DNA of 64,000 nt. Source: an uncultured Acidobacteriota bacterium (GTDB lineage Bacteria; Acidobacteriota; Vicinamibacteria; Vicinamibacterales; 2-12-FULL-66-21). Below, piece after piece: positions 49,449 through 58,400 of the stretch. The notes under the pieces were generated by a model that saw nothing but the letters and a program-made list of their open reading frames with translations, did not search any database and was not told the DNA's origin. The stretch is from assembly GCA_963773005.1 (NCBI GenBank), contig CAVYZR010000007.1, positions 31,891 through 95,890 of the forward strand, given 5' to 3'. Position numbers and translations under genes: made by a program. The stretch's first letter is position 1, and the number at the start of each line of letters is the position of its first letter.

Positions 49449-50408
49449 TTGCTGTTCAGGGGCCAGACACTCGGTAAATACAAGATCGCCGCTCCGCTTG
49501 GCAGCGGCGGATTCGGTACCGTCTACCTCGCTCACGACACCTGGATCGACAAGAAGGTCGCGATCAAGGTCCCGCACCGCCAGGGTCTCGACTTCGGCGA
49601 GCTGCTGCGCGAGCCACGTCTGCTCGCCAGCGTCAGCCATCCCAACATCGTCGCCATCACGACCGCCGAGAAGCAGGACAACGTCTTCTTCATCGTGATG
49701 GAGTACGTCCAGGGAGAGACGCTCGAGAACATCATCGCGCTCAAAGGCGCCCTGGAGCTCAACCGCGCGCTCGACTTCACCTGTCAGATCTGCAATGCCG
49801 TCGATCACGCGCACCGTCAGGGCGTGATCCACCGCGACCTGCGGCCAGCCAACGTGCTCGTGACCGAGAACGACATGCTGAAGGTCGCCGATTTCGGAAC
49901 CTCTCGCTTTCTCGAGATCGCCGCGCACGGCACGACGGTGATCGGGAGTCCGCCGTACATGGCTCCCGAACAGTTTCACGGCAAGGCGGTCTTCGCCTCG
50001 GACATCTACTCGCTGGGCGTGACGATGTACCAGATGCTGACCGGCATCCTGCCGTACGACACCCCCGCACCCGCAGACCTCGACAAGCTGATGTCCGGCG
50101 AACTCGTCACGCCGCCGCGGATGCGGAATCCGTCGATTCCGCGCGAGGTCAACGACATCGTGATGAAGGCACTGGCACCCGACATCACGGTTCGATATCA
50201 GCGCGCCGCCGATCTCCTCGAGGCTGTCCTCGGGGTCCGCAAGGCGTCACGACCACGCCGGACACCAGTTGACGGCATCTCCGGGCGAGACGAGCCTGCA
50301 ATCACACGACGCCCTCCTCAGACTGCCTCACCGAAGTTCTGCTGGCAGTGCCGGAAGCCGCTCCACGCGAGGACCGACCGCTGTCCGTTCTGCGGAGAAA
50401 CCCAATAA
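49449..50408 (+). CDS. Ser/Thr protein kinase with C-terminal zinc-ribbon
   Basis: GSGGFGTVY, VAIKV, HRDLRPANVL, DFG and APE are all present. C-terminal CWQCRKPLHARTDRCPFCG. Confidence 0.85.
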   Translation: MLFRGQTLGKYKIAAPLGSGGFGTVYLAHDTWIDKKVAIKVPHRQGLDFGELLREPRLLASVSHPNIVAITTAEKQDNVFFIVMEYVQGETLENIIALKGALELNRALDFTCQICNAVDHAHRQGVIHRDLRPANVLVTENDMLKVADFGTSRFLEIAAHGTTVIGSPPYMAPEQFHGKAVFASDIYSLGVTMYQMLTGILPYDTPAPADLDKLMSGELVTPPRMRNPSIPREVNDIVMKALAPDITVRYQRAADLLEAVLGVRKASRPRRTPVDGISGRDEPAITRRPPQTASPKFCWQCRKPLHARTDRCPFCGETQ

Positions 50409-50528
50409 AACCGGGCCAGTTTGCGATTGGACCGCGCGTCCGCTGCGGAGGCGTGTGTTAAAATCGATACGACTGCCGCATTTCGGTCTTACGTGGCGGT
50501 TTGCGAACCGTCGCTATTGGAGCAGCTG

Positions 50529-51497
50529 ATGGCATTCTCTGGCACCGGAAAGATCTGGATGAACGGGTCGCTCGTCGACTGGGCGAACGCGAAGATTCAC
50601 ATTGCTTCGCACGTCATCCATTATGGAAGCGCGGTGTTCGAGGGTGCCCGCTGCTACGACACGCCACGTGGATCGGCCTGCTTTCAGCTCGACGCGCACA
50701 TGCGGCGTCTTTACGATTCGGCCAGGATCTACCGCATGGAGCCCACGGTCGATCAGCCCACGCTGACAGCCGCGGTACTCGAGACGATTCGCGCCAATGC
50801 GTTCAAGGCGTGCTACATCCGACCGATCGTCTATCGCGGCTACAACACGCTCGGCGTCGACCCGTCCGCCTGCCCGGTGGATTCGGCGATCCTGACCTGG
50901 GAATGGGGAGCCTATCTCGGCAAGGACGCGCTCGAACGGGGCGCCGATGTCGCCATCAGTTCCTGGACGCGGGCGGCCGCGAACACGTTCCCGTCGCTCG
51001 CCAAGAGCTCGGCCAACTACGCCAACTCGCAGCTGATCAAGATGGCCGCGCTCGCCGACGGTTATAGCGAAGGTATCGCACTCGATACCAACGGCTACCT
51101 CAGCGAGGGCAGCGGGCAGAATATCTTCCTGGTCAGGGACGACATCCTGTACACCCCGCCGATGTCGGCTGCCATCCTGCCGGGGATCACCCGCAACTCG
51201 GTGATCACGATCGCGCGAGATCTGGGCTTCCAGGTGCGCGAAGAACTGCTGCCGCGAGAGCTTCTCTACATCTCTGATGAAGCGTTCTTCGTGGGCACGG
51301 CCGTCGAAGTTACGCCGATCCGCTCGGTCGACAAGATCCTCGTTGGCAAGGGCCGGCGCGGGCCGATTACCGAGGCGATCCAGACCGCGTTTTTCGACAT
51401 CATCAACGGTGTCAGGCCCGACACGCACGGCTGGCTGACATACCTTTCGCCCGGGGCTCCTCAGAAGACCTTGCAGTCGGCGCATGCATCTCAATGA
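50529..51497 (+). CDS. ilvE: Branched-chain amino acid aminotransferase
   Basis: KIWMNGSLVDWANAKIHIASHVIHYGSAVFEGARCY..., EGSGQNIFLV. The ATG at 50529 lies inside track ORF 50421..51497. Confidence 0.9.
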   Translation: MAFSGTGKIWMNGSLVDWANAKIHIASHVIHYGSAVFEGARCYDTPRGSACFQLDAHMRRLYDSARIYRMEPTVDQPTLTAAVLETIRANAFKACYIRPIVYRGYNTLGVDPSACPVDSAILTWEWGAYLGKDALERGADVAISSWTRAAANTFPSLAKSSANYANSQLIKMAALADGYSEGIALDTNGYLSEGSGQNIFLVRDDILYTPPMSAAILPGITRNSVITIARDLGFQVREELLPRELLYISDEAFFVGTAVEVTPIRSVDKILVGKGRRGPITEAIQTAFFDIINGVRPDTHGWLTYLSPGAPQKTLQSAHASQ

Positions 51498-52626
51498 CCT
51501 CCTGAAGATTGCCGCCGCGTCCGGCGCTTCCGACCTGCACCTCAAGGTCGGCAGTTACCCGATGATGCGGGTCAATGGCAGCCTGGTTGTCGCTTCTGAA
51601 GAGAAGCGGCTCGATCGCAACGACACCGAAGCGATGGCGAGCGTGCTCTTCTCGCCCGAGCACCACGAGAAATTCCGGCGCGCGCAGGAGGTCGATCTGG
51701 CCTACAGCGTCACCGGGCTCGGCCGATTCCGCTGCAACGTCTTCCAGCAGCGTGGCACGGTCGGGATCGTGCTGCGCGTCATTCCAACGCGCATCCGGAC
51801 CATCGACGAGCTCGGACTCCCACCGGTGCTCAAGCGGATCGCCGAGGAAGAACGCGGCCTCGTGCTCGTCACGGGCACGACTGGCAGCGGAAAGAGCACG
51901 ACGCTGGCGGCGATGATCGATCACGTCAACTCGACGCGCGCCGCGCACATCATGACCGTCGAGGACCCGATCGAGTACCTGCATCGCGACTACCAGTCGA
52001 TCGTGAGCCAGCGCGAAGTGGCGGTTGATACGGCGTCGTTCTCGCATGCCCTGCGCAGCGCGCTCCGGCAGGACCCCGACGTCATCCTGGTCGGCGAGAT
52101 GCGCGACTTCGAGACCGTCGAAACGGCGCTGCTCGCCGCCGAAACGGGCCACCTCGTGTTCTCGACGCTGCACACGCTCGACGCCACCGAAACCATCAAT
52201 CGCATCATCACCGTGTTCCCGCCGCATCAGCAGCGGCAGATCCGGATCCAGCTCTCGACGGTGCTCAAGGCAGCTATCTCTCAACGCCTGATGCCGCGGT
52301 CCGACGGCCTCGGCCGCGTGCCGGCGGTCGAAGTCATGATCGCCACGCCGTTCATTCGCGACTGCATCCTCGACAAGGATCGGACGAACCATATCCACGG
52401 GGCGATTGCGTCGGGGACGTCACAGTACGGGATGCAGACGTTCGACCAGTCGATTTTCAACCTCTACCAGCAGGGGTTTGTGACGCTCGAAGAGGCGATG
52501 CGATGGGCATCGAACCTCGACGAGTTCAAGCTCAAGGTCCAGGGCATCGCCACCACAGCGGAGATGGCGCGTGACGAGATGGCGCAGAGCGGCGTCCAGC
52601 CGGACATCATCCGGTTTGGGAGCTGA
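51484..52626 (+). CDS. pilT: Type IV pilus retraction ATPase PilT
   Basis: ASDLHLKVGSYPMMRVNG, GTTGSGKSTTLAAMID, ILVGEMRD, and the AIRNLIRE-equivalent region. Confidence 0.9.
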   Translation: MHLNDLLKIAAASGASDLHLKVGSYPMMRVNGSLVVASEEKRLDRNDTEAMASVLFSPEHHEKFRRAQEVDLAYSVTGLGRFRCNVFQQRGTVGIVLRVIPTRIRTIDELGLPPVLKRIAEEERGLVLVTGTTGSGKSTTLAAMIDHVNSTRAAHIMTVEDPIEYLHRDYQSIVSQREVAVDTASFSHALRSALRQDPDVILVGEMRDFETVETALLAAETGHLVFSTLHTLDATETINRIITVFPPHQQRQIRIQLSTVLKAAISQRLMPRSDGLGRVPAVEVMIATPFIRDCILDKDRTNHIHGAIASGTSQYGMQTFDQSIFNLYQQGFVTLEEAMRWASNLDEFKLKVQGIATTAEMARDEMAQSGVQPDIIRFGS

Positions 52627-53101
52627 CAGGCCCTCCGCCTATCTCGACGCCCTCCATCTCCTGTCGCGTCGCGCCTACTCCATCACCGAGTGCCGCGAGC
52701 GCCTGCGTGCCCGTGAGCACGCCGACGACGCCATCGAGGCGGCCATAGAACGCCTTCTGGAAACCGGCGGCCTTGACGATAAACGCCTCGCGCATTCTTT
52801 CGCGCGCACCGCAGTCGAGACCAAGGGCCGCGGACGCCTGCGCGTCGTTCGCGAGCTTCTGGCGCGCGGCGTCGACAAGGAGGTCGCGGCCGAGGCCGTC
52901 GCCGAAGTCTTCGGCGAGAAGGACGAGGGATCACTCGTCTCGCGCGCGCTGCAGAAGAAGCTGCGCGGACGGCCAAAGCCAGCAGACCCGGCCGAATATG
53001 CGCGCCTCTATCAATATCTGATGCGCCAGGGCTTCACGCCCGCAGTCGTCGTCGCCTCGCTCCGCCGGCTGCGCGGGACCACAAACGACGAAGTAGAATG
53101 A
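52571..53101 (+). CDS. recX: Recombination regulator RecX
   Basis: Three-repeat helical pattern: ALHLLSRRAYS..E.R..L, LDD.R.A..FAR, GR..V..EL..RGV, ...YLMRQGF. The start is uncertain (GTG 52571 or TTG 52616). Confidence 0.75.
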   Translation: MTRWRRAASSRTSSGLGADRPSAYLDALHLLSRRAYSITECRERLRAREHADDAIEAAIERLLETGGLDDKRLAHSFARTAVETKGRGRLRVVRELLARGVDKEVAAEAVAEVFGEKDEGSLVSRALQKKLRGRPKPADPAEYARLYQYLMRQGFTPAVVVASLRRLRGTTNDEVE

Positions 53102-53106
53102 GGGAT

Positions 53107-53210
53107 CGGGGCTCAAGGGTCAGGGCTCAAGCAAGACCTTCGAGTGCGTCGTCGAACGCCTTTGCCTGAGCCTTGAGCCCTAAGCCCTGAGCCTGGTCCC
53201 TGACCCCTGA
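53107..53210. repeat. GGCTCAG-word palindromic element, family A copy 2 (recX-alaS spacer)
   Basis: ggggctcaagggtcagggctcaagcaagaccttcga...tcgaacgcctttgcctgagccttgagccctaagccctgagcctggtccctgacccctgag. Confidence 0.8.
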
Positions 53211-53220
53211 GTCACAACAC

Positions 53221-55956
53221 ATGCAGTCTCGCGAGATCCGCAGCAGCTTCCTCGATTACTTCAAACGGCACGGACACGCCATTGTCCCGAGCTCTCCGCT
53301 CGTACCGGGCGACGACCCGACACTGCTCTTCACCAACGCCGGGATGAACCAGTTCAAGGACACGTTCCTCGGCCGCGAGAAGCGCCCCTACACACGCGCG
53401 ACGACCTCGCAGAAGTGCATGCGCGTCAGCGGCAAGCACAACGATCTCGACAACGTCGGACCGTCCCTGCGGCACCACACGTTTTTCGAGATGCTTGGGA
53501 ACTTCTCATTCGGCGATTACTTCAAGAAGGAAGCTATTCCGTTCGCGTGGGAGTTGCTGACGACAACGTGGAAACTGGCCCCGGACCGCTTGTTTCCGAC
53601 CATCTTCCGTGGCGACGCGGGCATTCCCCGCGACGCCGACGCGCACGCGATTTGGACGAAGCTGGTGCCGGCGGATCGCATCACGGAGCTCGGGCTCGCC
53701 GAGAATTTCTGGGCGATGGGCGAAACCGGACCGTGCGGCCGATGCTCAGAGATCCACTACTTCCGCGGCAATCATGTCCCGTGCGATGAGGAACGGCGCG
53801 GCGGGACCTGCCTGGGCATCGATTGCAGCTGCGATCGGTTCGTCGAGGTCTGGAACAACGTGTTCATGGAGTTCGACCGTCAGCCGGACGGCACGCTCAC
53901 GCCGCTGCCGGCGCCCTCGATCGACACCGGCATGGGCCTCGAACGGATCACCGCAGTCATTCAGGGCAAGATCTCCAACTACGATACGGATCTCTTCACG
54001 CCAATCCTCACGGCCGTCGGCGACCGCGCCGGCCGTCGCTATGGCGCCACGCTCGACGACCCCGCGGACGTCTCGATGCGCGTCATCGCCGATCACCTGC
54101 GCGCGATGACGTTCCTCATCGCCGACGGTGTCGTGCCGTCGAACGAATGGCGAGGCTACGTCCTCCGCAAGATCATGCGTCGCGCGATGCGGCACGGCAA
54201 GAAGCTGGGCTTCGTCGACCCCGTGCTGTACTCCTTCGTCGACGTGATCGTCTCCGAAATGGGCGACGCATATCCCGAGCTTCGCACCGGCCGCGACAAC
54301 ATCGTCCGCGTCGTTCGTAGCGAAGAAGAACGCTTCGATGCCGCATTGACCGCCGGGCTGCCAAGGCTCGAAGAGGTTTTGGATCGCGCCGCATCCGGTT
54401 CCCGCGTCGTGCCTGGAGAGGACGCATTCCGGTTGTACGACTCGCTCGGCGTGCCTTTGGACTTCATGGAAGATCTCGCCGGGCAGCGTCAGCTCTCGAT
54501 CGACCGGGAGGGCTTCGAGCGGGCGATGGAGGGCCAACGCGAAAAGGCCCGCGCCGGCAGCTCGTTCAGCAAGGCCGCCGACAAGGCGTTGACGCTGACG
54601 ATGGACGCTGAGGTGGAGAAGGCGCTCGAGGCGGCCGGCGATCGGTTCGAGGGATACGACGCAACAACCGTGTCGGGCACACCGGTCGTCGCGATTTTTG
54701 ATGAGGCGGGAACATCGATTGATGCGCTGCCCACGGACGCAAAGGGCTACGTCGCGCTCGCTCGAACACCCTTCTACCTCGAGGCCGGCGGCCAGGTGTC
54801 GGACAGCGGACGAGTCGTTGGGGCGGACGGCTCGTCGGCTGTCGTCGAACGGCTTGTGCGGCCGAATCAAGCGCGACCGCGTCTCCACTTCATTCGCGTG
54901 GAGAAGGGCGAGATCCGCCGCGGCCAGATTGTGACGGCCGAGGTTGCCGACGAGATCCGCGACGCGACACGCCGGAATCACACGGCGACCCACCTTCTGC
55001 ACGCCGCTCTGCGACAGGTGCTCGGCCCGCACGTCAAACAGGCGGGCTCTCTGGTCGCCCCGGATCGCCTGCGGTTCGACTTCGTCCATGTTTCGGCGGT
55101 CAGCCGAGACGAGTTCCTACGGATCGAGCGAATCGTCAACGATCAGATCGTCCGAAACAACCTGGTTCTGACTGAGGTCAAGTCGACCGATGAAGCGATT
55201 GCCGGAGGGGCGATGGCGCTCTTCGGCGAGAAGTACGGCGATCGCGTGCGCGTCGTCTCGATCCCCGGGTTCAGTATGGAGCTCTGCGGCGGGACGCACG
55301 TCCAACGCACCGGAGATATCGGCACGTTCGTGGCGACCGAGGAAAGTGGCGTCGCCGCGGGTGTTCGTCGGATCGAAGCGCTGACGGGAGCTGGGGCTGT
55401 GGCCTGGGTGCAGCAGCAGCGGCAGTCGCTCGACAACGTCCTCTCTGCTCTACACACCACCGCCGCGCAGAGCGTCGAGGCAATCCAGCGCCTGCAGTCG
55501 GAGAGTAAGCGGCTTGCGCGGGAAGTCGATCAACTGAAGATGAAAGTCGCGATGGGCGGCGGCGCGAGGTCGGCGTCCACCGGGCCGGAGAGTGCGGATG
55601 GGCGCGACATTCGCGAGGTCTCCGGGGTCAAGCTGGTAACCCGACGCGTCGAGGGCCTGGAAAAGGGCGCGCTGCGCGGTCTGTCCGACTCGCTGCGCGA
55701 CCGGCTCGGGAGCGGCGTCGTCGTGCTCGTGTCAGAAGTTGACGGGAAAGTTTCTCTCGTCGTTGCCGTCTCAAAAGACCTCACCAGTCGCGTCCAGGCA
55801 GGCCGCCTCGTCAAAGAGCTCGCGCCCATCGTCGGCGGCGGAGGCGGCGGCCGTCCGGATTTCGCCGAGGCCGGCGGTAAGGACGCCTCAAAGATCGACG
55901 ATCTGCTCGCCGCTGCGCCCAAGGTGCTCGAAGTCGCGCTGGCGGAAGCCCCGTGA
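53221..55956 (+). CDS. alaS: Alanine--tRNA ligase
   Basis: 911 aa. FTNAGMNQFKD, KHNDLDNVG, HHTFFEMLGNFSFGDYFK, an editing-domain HTATHLLH and a C-terminal DHHA1 GGGGGRPDFA. Confidence 0.95.
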   Translation: MQSREIRSSFLDYFKRHGHAIVPSSPLVPGDDPTLLFTNAGMNQFKDTFLGREKRPYTRATTSQKCMRVSGKHNDLDNVGPSLRHHTFFEMLGNFSFGDYFKKEAIPFAWELLTTTWKLAPDRLFPTIFRGDAGIPRDADAHAIWTKLVPADRITELGLAENFWAMGETGPCGRCSEIHYFRGNHVPCDEERRGGTCLGIDCSCDRFVEVWNNVFMEFDRQPDGTLTPLPAPSIDTGMGLERITAVIQGKISNYDTDLFTPILTAVGDRAGRRYGATLDDPADVSMRVIADHLRAMTFLIADGVVPSNEWRGYVLRKIMRRAMRHGKKLGFVDPVLYSFVDVIVSEMGDAYPELRTGRDNIVRVVRSEEERFDAALTAGLPRLEEVLDRAASGSRVVPGEDAFRLYDSLGVPLDFMEDLAGQRQLSIDREGFERAMEGQREKARAGSSFSKAADKALTLTMDAEVEKALEAAGDRFEGYDATTVSGTPVVAIFDEAGTSIDALPTDAKGYVALARTPFYLEAGGQVSDSGRVVGADGSSAVVERLVRPNQARPRLHFIRVEKGEIRRGQIVTAEVADEIRDATRRNHTATHLLHAALRQVLGPHVKQAGSLVAPDRLRFDFVHVSAVSRDEFLRIERIVNDQIVRNNLVLTEVKSTDEAIAGGAMALFGEKYGDRVRVVSIPGFSMELCGGTHVQRTGDIGTFVATEESGVAAGVRRIEALTGAGAVAWVQQQRQSLDNVLSALHTTAAQSVEAIQRLQSESKRLAREVDQLKMKVAMGGGARSASTGPESADGRDIREVSGVKLVTRRVEGLEKGALRGLSDSLRDRLGSGVVVLVSEVDGKVSLVVAVSKDLTSRVQAGRLVKELAPIVGGGGGGRPDFAEAGGKDASKIDDLLAAAPKVLEVALAEAP

Positions 55957-55964
55957 CTGTCCCC

Positions 55965-55990
55965 GGGGACACTCAAGGTTGAGTGTCCCC
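55965..55990 (+). terminator. 12-bp perfect inverted repeat just after alaS
   Basis: ggggacactcaa-gg-ttgagtgtcccc, 9 nt after the stop. No U-tract. Confidence 0.5.
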
Positions 55991-56282
55991 GAGCTCAGCC
56001 GTGGCTGCTCACTACCGCCTGCTGGTCTGGCCCCGGTCTGACCCCAACGGCCCCACCGGTCGATATTCAGGCTTTAAGAGAATCCGCGTGATCCGCGTCC
56101 CGTTGAGCTGATCCCGCGGCCTTTTGACCGTTCTGTGTCCGCGTTACAGATTTGCGAGTCGGTGTTTTATTTCGGCACATCGAGTGAGCCTGGATCTTCG
56201 TAAGTCGTTGACTGGCGAGAGGCACCCGCCTTGCCTCAGGCTCACCCTGGATCCGTCCAAATTGTTGAGATTCCTCAGGTTG

Positions 56283-56981
56283 ATGAGCTCGAACAGCGCG
56301 CGGACCGTGCTCGGCGCGATTCTCCTGTCAGCCACGCTACCGGCGGCGGCGCAGGCCCAGATCTACTCGTGGCGCGACGCCGAGGGCAGGATCGTCTTGT
56401 CCGACAAACCGAATGGCGCGGGCGACCTGGTCAAGACGTATCCGACGCATCAGGACAGTCCTTTCAGGACGACTGCCAAGGGCATCGTGAACGAGCGCGC
56501 GGCGCAGTACGACGCGCTCATCGAGGAAAACGCCTCGGCGCACGGCGTCAGCCCGCACCTGGTGCGGGCCGTGATTCAGCAGGAGTCGGCGTTCAACCCC
56601 AATGCGCGTTCAATTAAGGGGGCGATGGGCCTGATGCAGCTGATGCCCGCCACGGCAACTGAACTTGGCGTGTCGGACCCTTACGATCCTTCGGAAAACA
56701 TTCGTGGCGGTGTGACCTATCTCAAAGGGCTCCTGACGAAGTTCTCGCAGAACGTCGAGCTCGCGCTCGCGGCCTATAACGCCGGCCCTGGCGCCGTGAC
56801 GAAATACGGCTCGGTGCCGCCGTATCGCGAGACGCAGAACTACGTCACGAAAATCAAGACCGCCGTAGACGCCGCGCCCAAACCAAAGCGCATCTACAAG
56901 ACGGTCGAAATCGTCAACGGCCGGGAAGTTCCGCGGTTCTCCACCGAAGAAACACCCGGCGCTGAGCTGGTAAAGAAGTAG
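56283..56981 (+). CDS. Lytic transglycosylase (SLT domain) with N-terminal DUF4124-like segment
   Basis: Signal peptide MSSNSARTVLGAILLSATLPAAAQA, then IYSWRDAEGRIVLSDKP, then the SLT core VIQQESAFNPNARSIKGAMGLMQLMPATA...AYNAGPGAV. The ATG at 56283 lies inside the longer track ORF. Confidence 0.85.
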   Translation: MSSNSARTVLGAILLSATLPAAAQAQIYSWRDAEGRIVLSDKPNGAGDLVKTYPTHQDSPFRTTAKGIVNERAAQYDALIEENASAHGVSPHLVRAVIQQESAFNPNARSIKGAMGLMQLMPATATELGVSDPYDPSENIRGGVTYLKGLLTKFSQNVELALAAYNAGPGAVTKYGSVPPYRETQNYVTKIKTAVDAAPKPKRIYKTVEIVNGREVPRFSTEETPGAELVKK

Positions 56982-57077
56982 GCTCAAGGCTCAGGGCTCA
57001 AGGCTCAGGGCTCAAGCAAAACCTTCGAGTAATCTCTCGAAGATCTTGCCTGAGCCTTGAGCCCTGAGCCTTGAGCC
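56981..57077. repeat. GGCTCAG-word palindromic element, family A copy 3, exactly filling a convergent gene junction
   Basis: ggctcaaggctcagggctcaaggctcagggctcaagcaaaaccttcgag-taatct-ctcgaagatcttgcctgagccttgagccctgagccttgagcc. It overlaps both flanking stop codons by 1 nt. Confidence 0.85.
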
Positions 57078-58372
57078 TACTGATCCACCCGCGGCACCAC
57101 GAACGTCACCAGGCACCCGATCGCATCAGCCTTGACGCCTGCTCTCCCGCCATGGGCACGAGCCGTGTGAGCCAGCGCGGCGAGGATCGATCCGCCATTC
57201 GGGCCGCACGGATGTTCCTGCCAGCCAGCTTCGAAGAACCGCGCCAGCGCCTCGACACTCAGTTCAGGATCGCACTCGCGGAGCAGGCATTCGACGACGA
57301 GCGCGGGCCGGATGGTGGTGATTTGCGCGCGCACGTTGAGTACTGTGCCAGTACGCGGCGCGAGTGTCAGCAGACACTGCAGAAGCCCGGTCAACGCACT
57401 CCGGCAGCGAGCACCATCGAAAAGAACATCGAGAATGTCGCGGCCTGAAGCAGGTAGGTCCAGGTCGACTTTGACGCCGCGGAGCCGGGCTTCAGTAGAC
57501 ACGGCGGACACTATGTCGCTGACGAGCGCAAGGTGGTCGGCCGAAGAACGTTGGATCGCGGCGTCGCTGCGCAGCATCTCGTGCGCCGTGCCGACGGCTT
57601 TCGTCCGTGAGAGCTCGACGGCGGCCAGGTCGGTCAGCACGCCCCACCGCAGCCGGTCTCGTCCCGCCGCGTTCATTGCCGGAAGCAGCGCCGAGACGAA
57701 CTCGAGCCCGAGTGCGGCTTCTCCGATCGTCGGTTCGGGGATGGGCGGCGCCATCGCAGGCGCTGGCGGTGGGTCACTTGCCGGCTCTATCGTGCGCTCG
57801 ATCACCGCCCGCCGCATATCGGCCAACCGTTCCTCGTCCGCGTCGTGCACCAGGCATGGTACGGTGTCGAGGCCGATCCGATGGGCCGCGCGAAGTCGCC
57901 GCATCCCGGCGATGACGCGATAGCACGCGCCACGGCGCCCGACGAGTAGCGGCTCGATGACGCCGAGCTGGCGAATCGATCGCTCGAGATCCTCGAGCTG
58001 CGCGCGATCTTCGGTCGGAAGCTCAATCTCGGAGAGCGGAATCTCGCGCACCGTGCGCAGTGGCGCCTCACCGAGCAACTCGTCGACATAGTGCGGCGTA
58101 TGCCGCATGCGAAACCGCGATGGCAGTCCTTCGCGAACCGCTGCCGCGGGCGCCGACTCGTCGGTCTCGTTCTCCCTCTCGTCGCCGTCCTCGCCTTCTC
58201 CCTCAACGTCGTCGAAGTCCGCGCGCGCTCGGCGCCCTTCGAGCGCCGTCACGTCTTTGGTCTCTCGCACGTCCACTCGCGCTTGTTGCACGATCTGCAC
58301 GGGGACGTCTTCTTCGAACTCTCTGATGTCTGTTGCGGACGCTTGTTCGGAACCGACCGGATCAAAATGCAC
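57077..58372 (-). CDS. ParB/Srx N-terminal domain fused to a degenerate histidine-kinase-like (DHp + CA-like) module
   Basis: GGAGA RBS plus GTG at 58372. An acidic N-terminal tail is followed by the ParB-N core IPLSEIELP...GVIEPLLV...YRVIAGMRRLRAAHRIGLDTVPCLV. Then come an H-box-like GTAHEML and a CA-like region (LTGLLQCLLTLAP, RFFEAGW, GGSILAALAHTARAHGGR...VTFVVPR) that lacks the N-box Asn and the DxGxG motif. The 710-aa track ORF extension is rejected. Confidence 0.7.
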   Translation of the reverse strand: MHFDPVGSEQASATDIREFEEDVPVQIVQQARVDVRETKDVTALEGRRARADFDDVEGEGEDGDERENETDESAPAAAVREGLPSRFRMRHTPHYVDELLGEAPLRTVREIPLSEIELPTEDRAQLEDLERSIRQLGVIEPLLVGRRGACYRVIAGMRRLRAAHRIGLDTVPCLVHDADEERLADMRRAVIERTIEPASDPPPAPAMAPPIPEPTIGEAALGLEFVSALLPAMNAAGRDRLRWGVLTDLAAVELSRTKAVGTAHEMLRSDAAIQRSSADHLALVSDIVSAVSTEARLRGVKVDLDLPASGRDILDVLFDGARCRSALTGLLQCLLTLAPRTGTVLNVRAQITTIRPALVVECLLRECDPELSVEALARFFEAGWQEHPCGPNGGSILAALAHTARAHGGRAGVKADAIGCLVTFVVPRVDQ

Positions 58373-58400
58373 GCAGGGTCTCCTCGACGGAGATGGTAGC

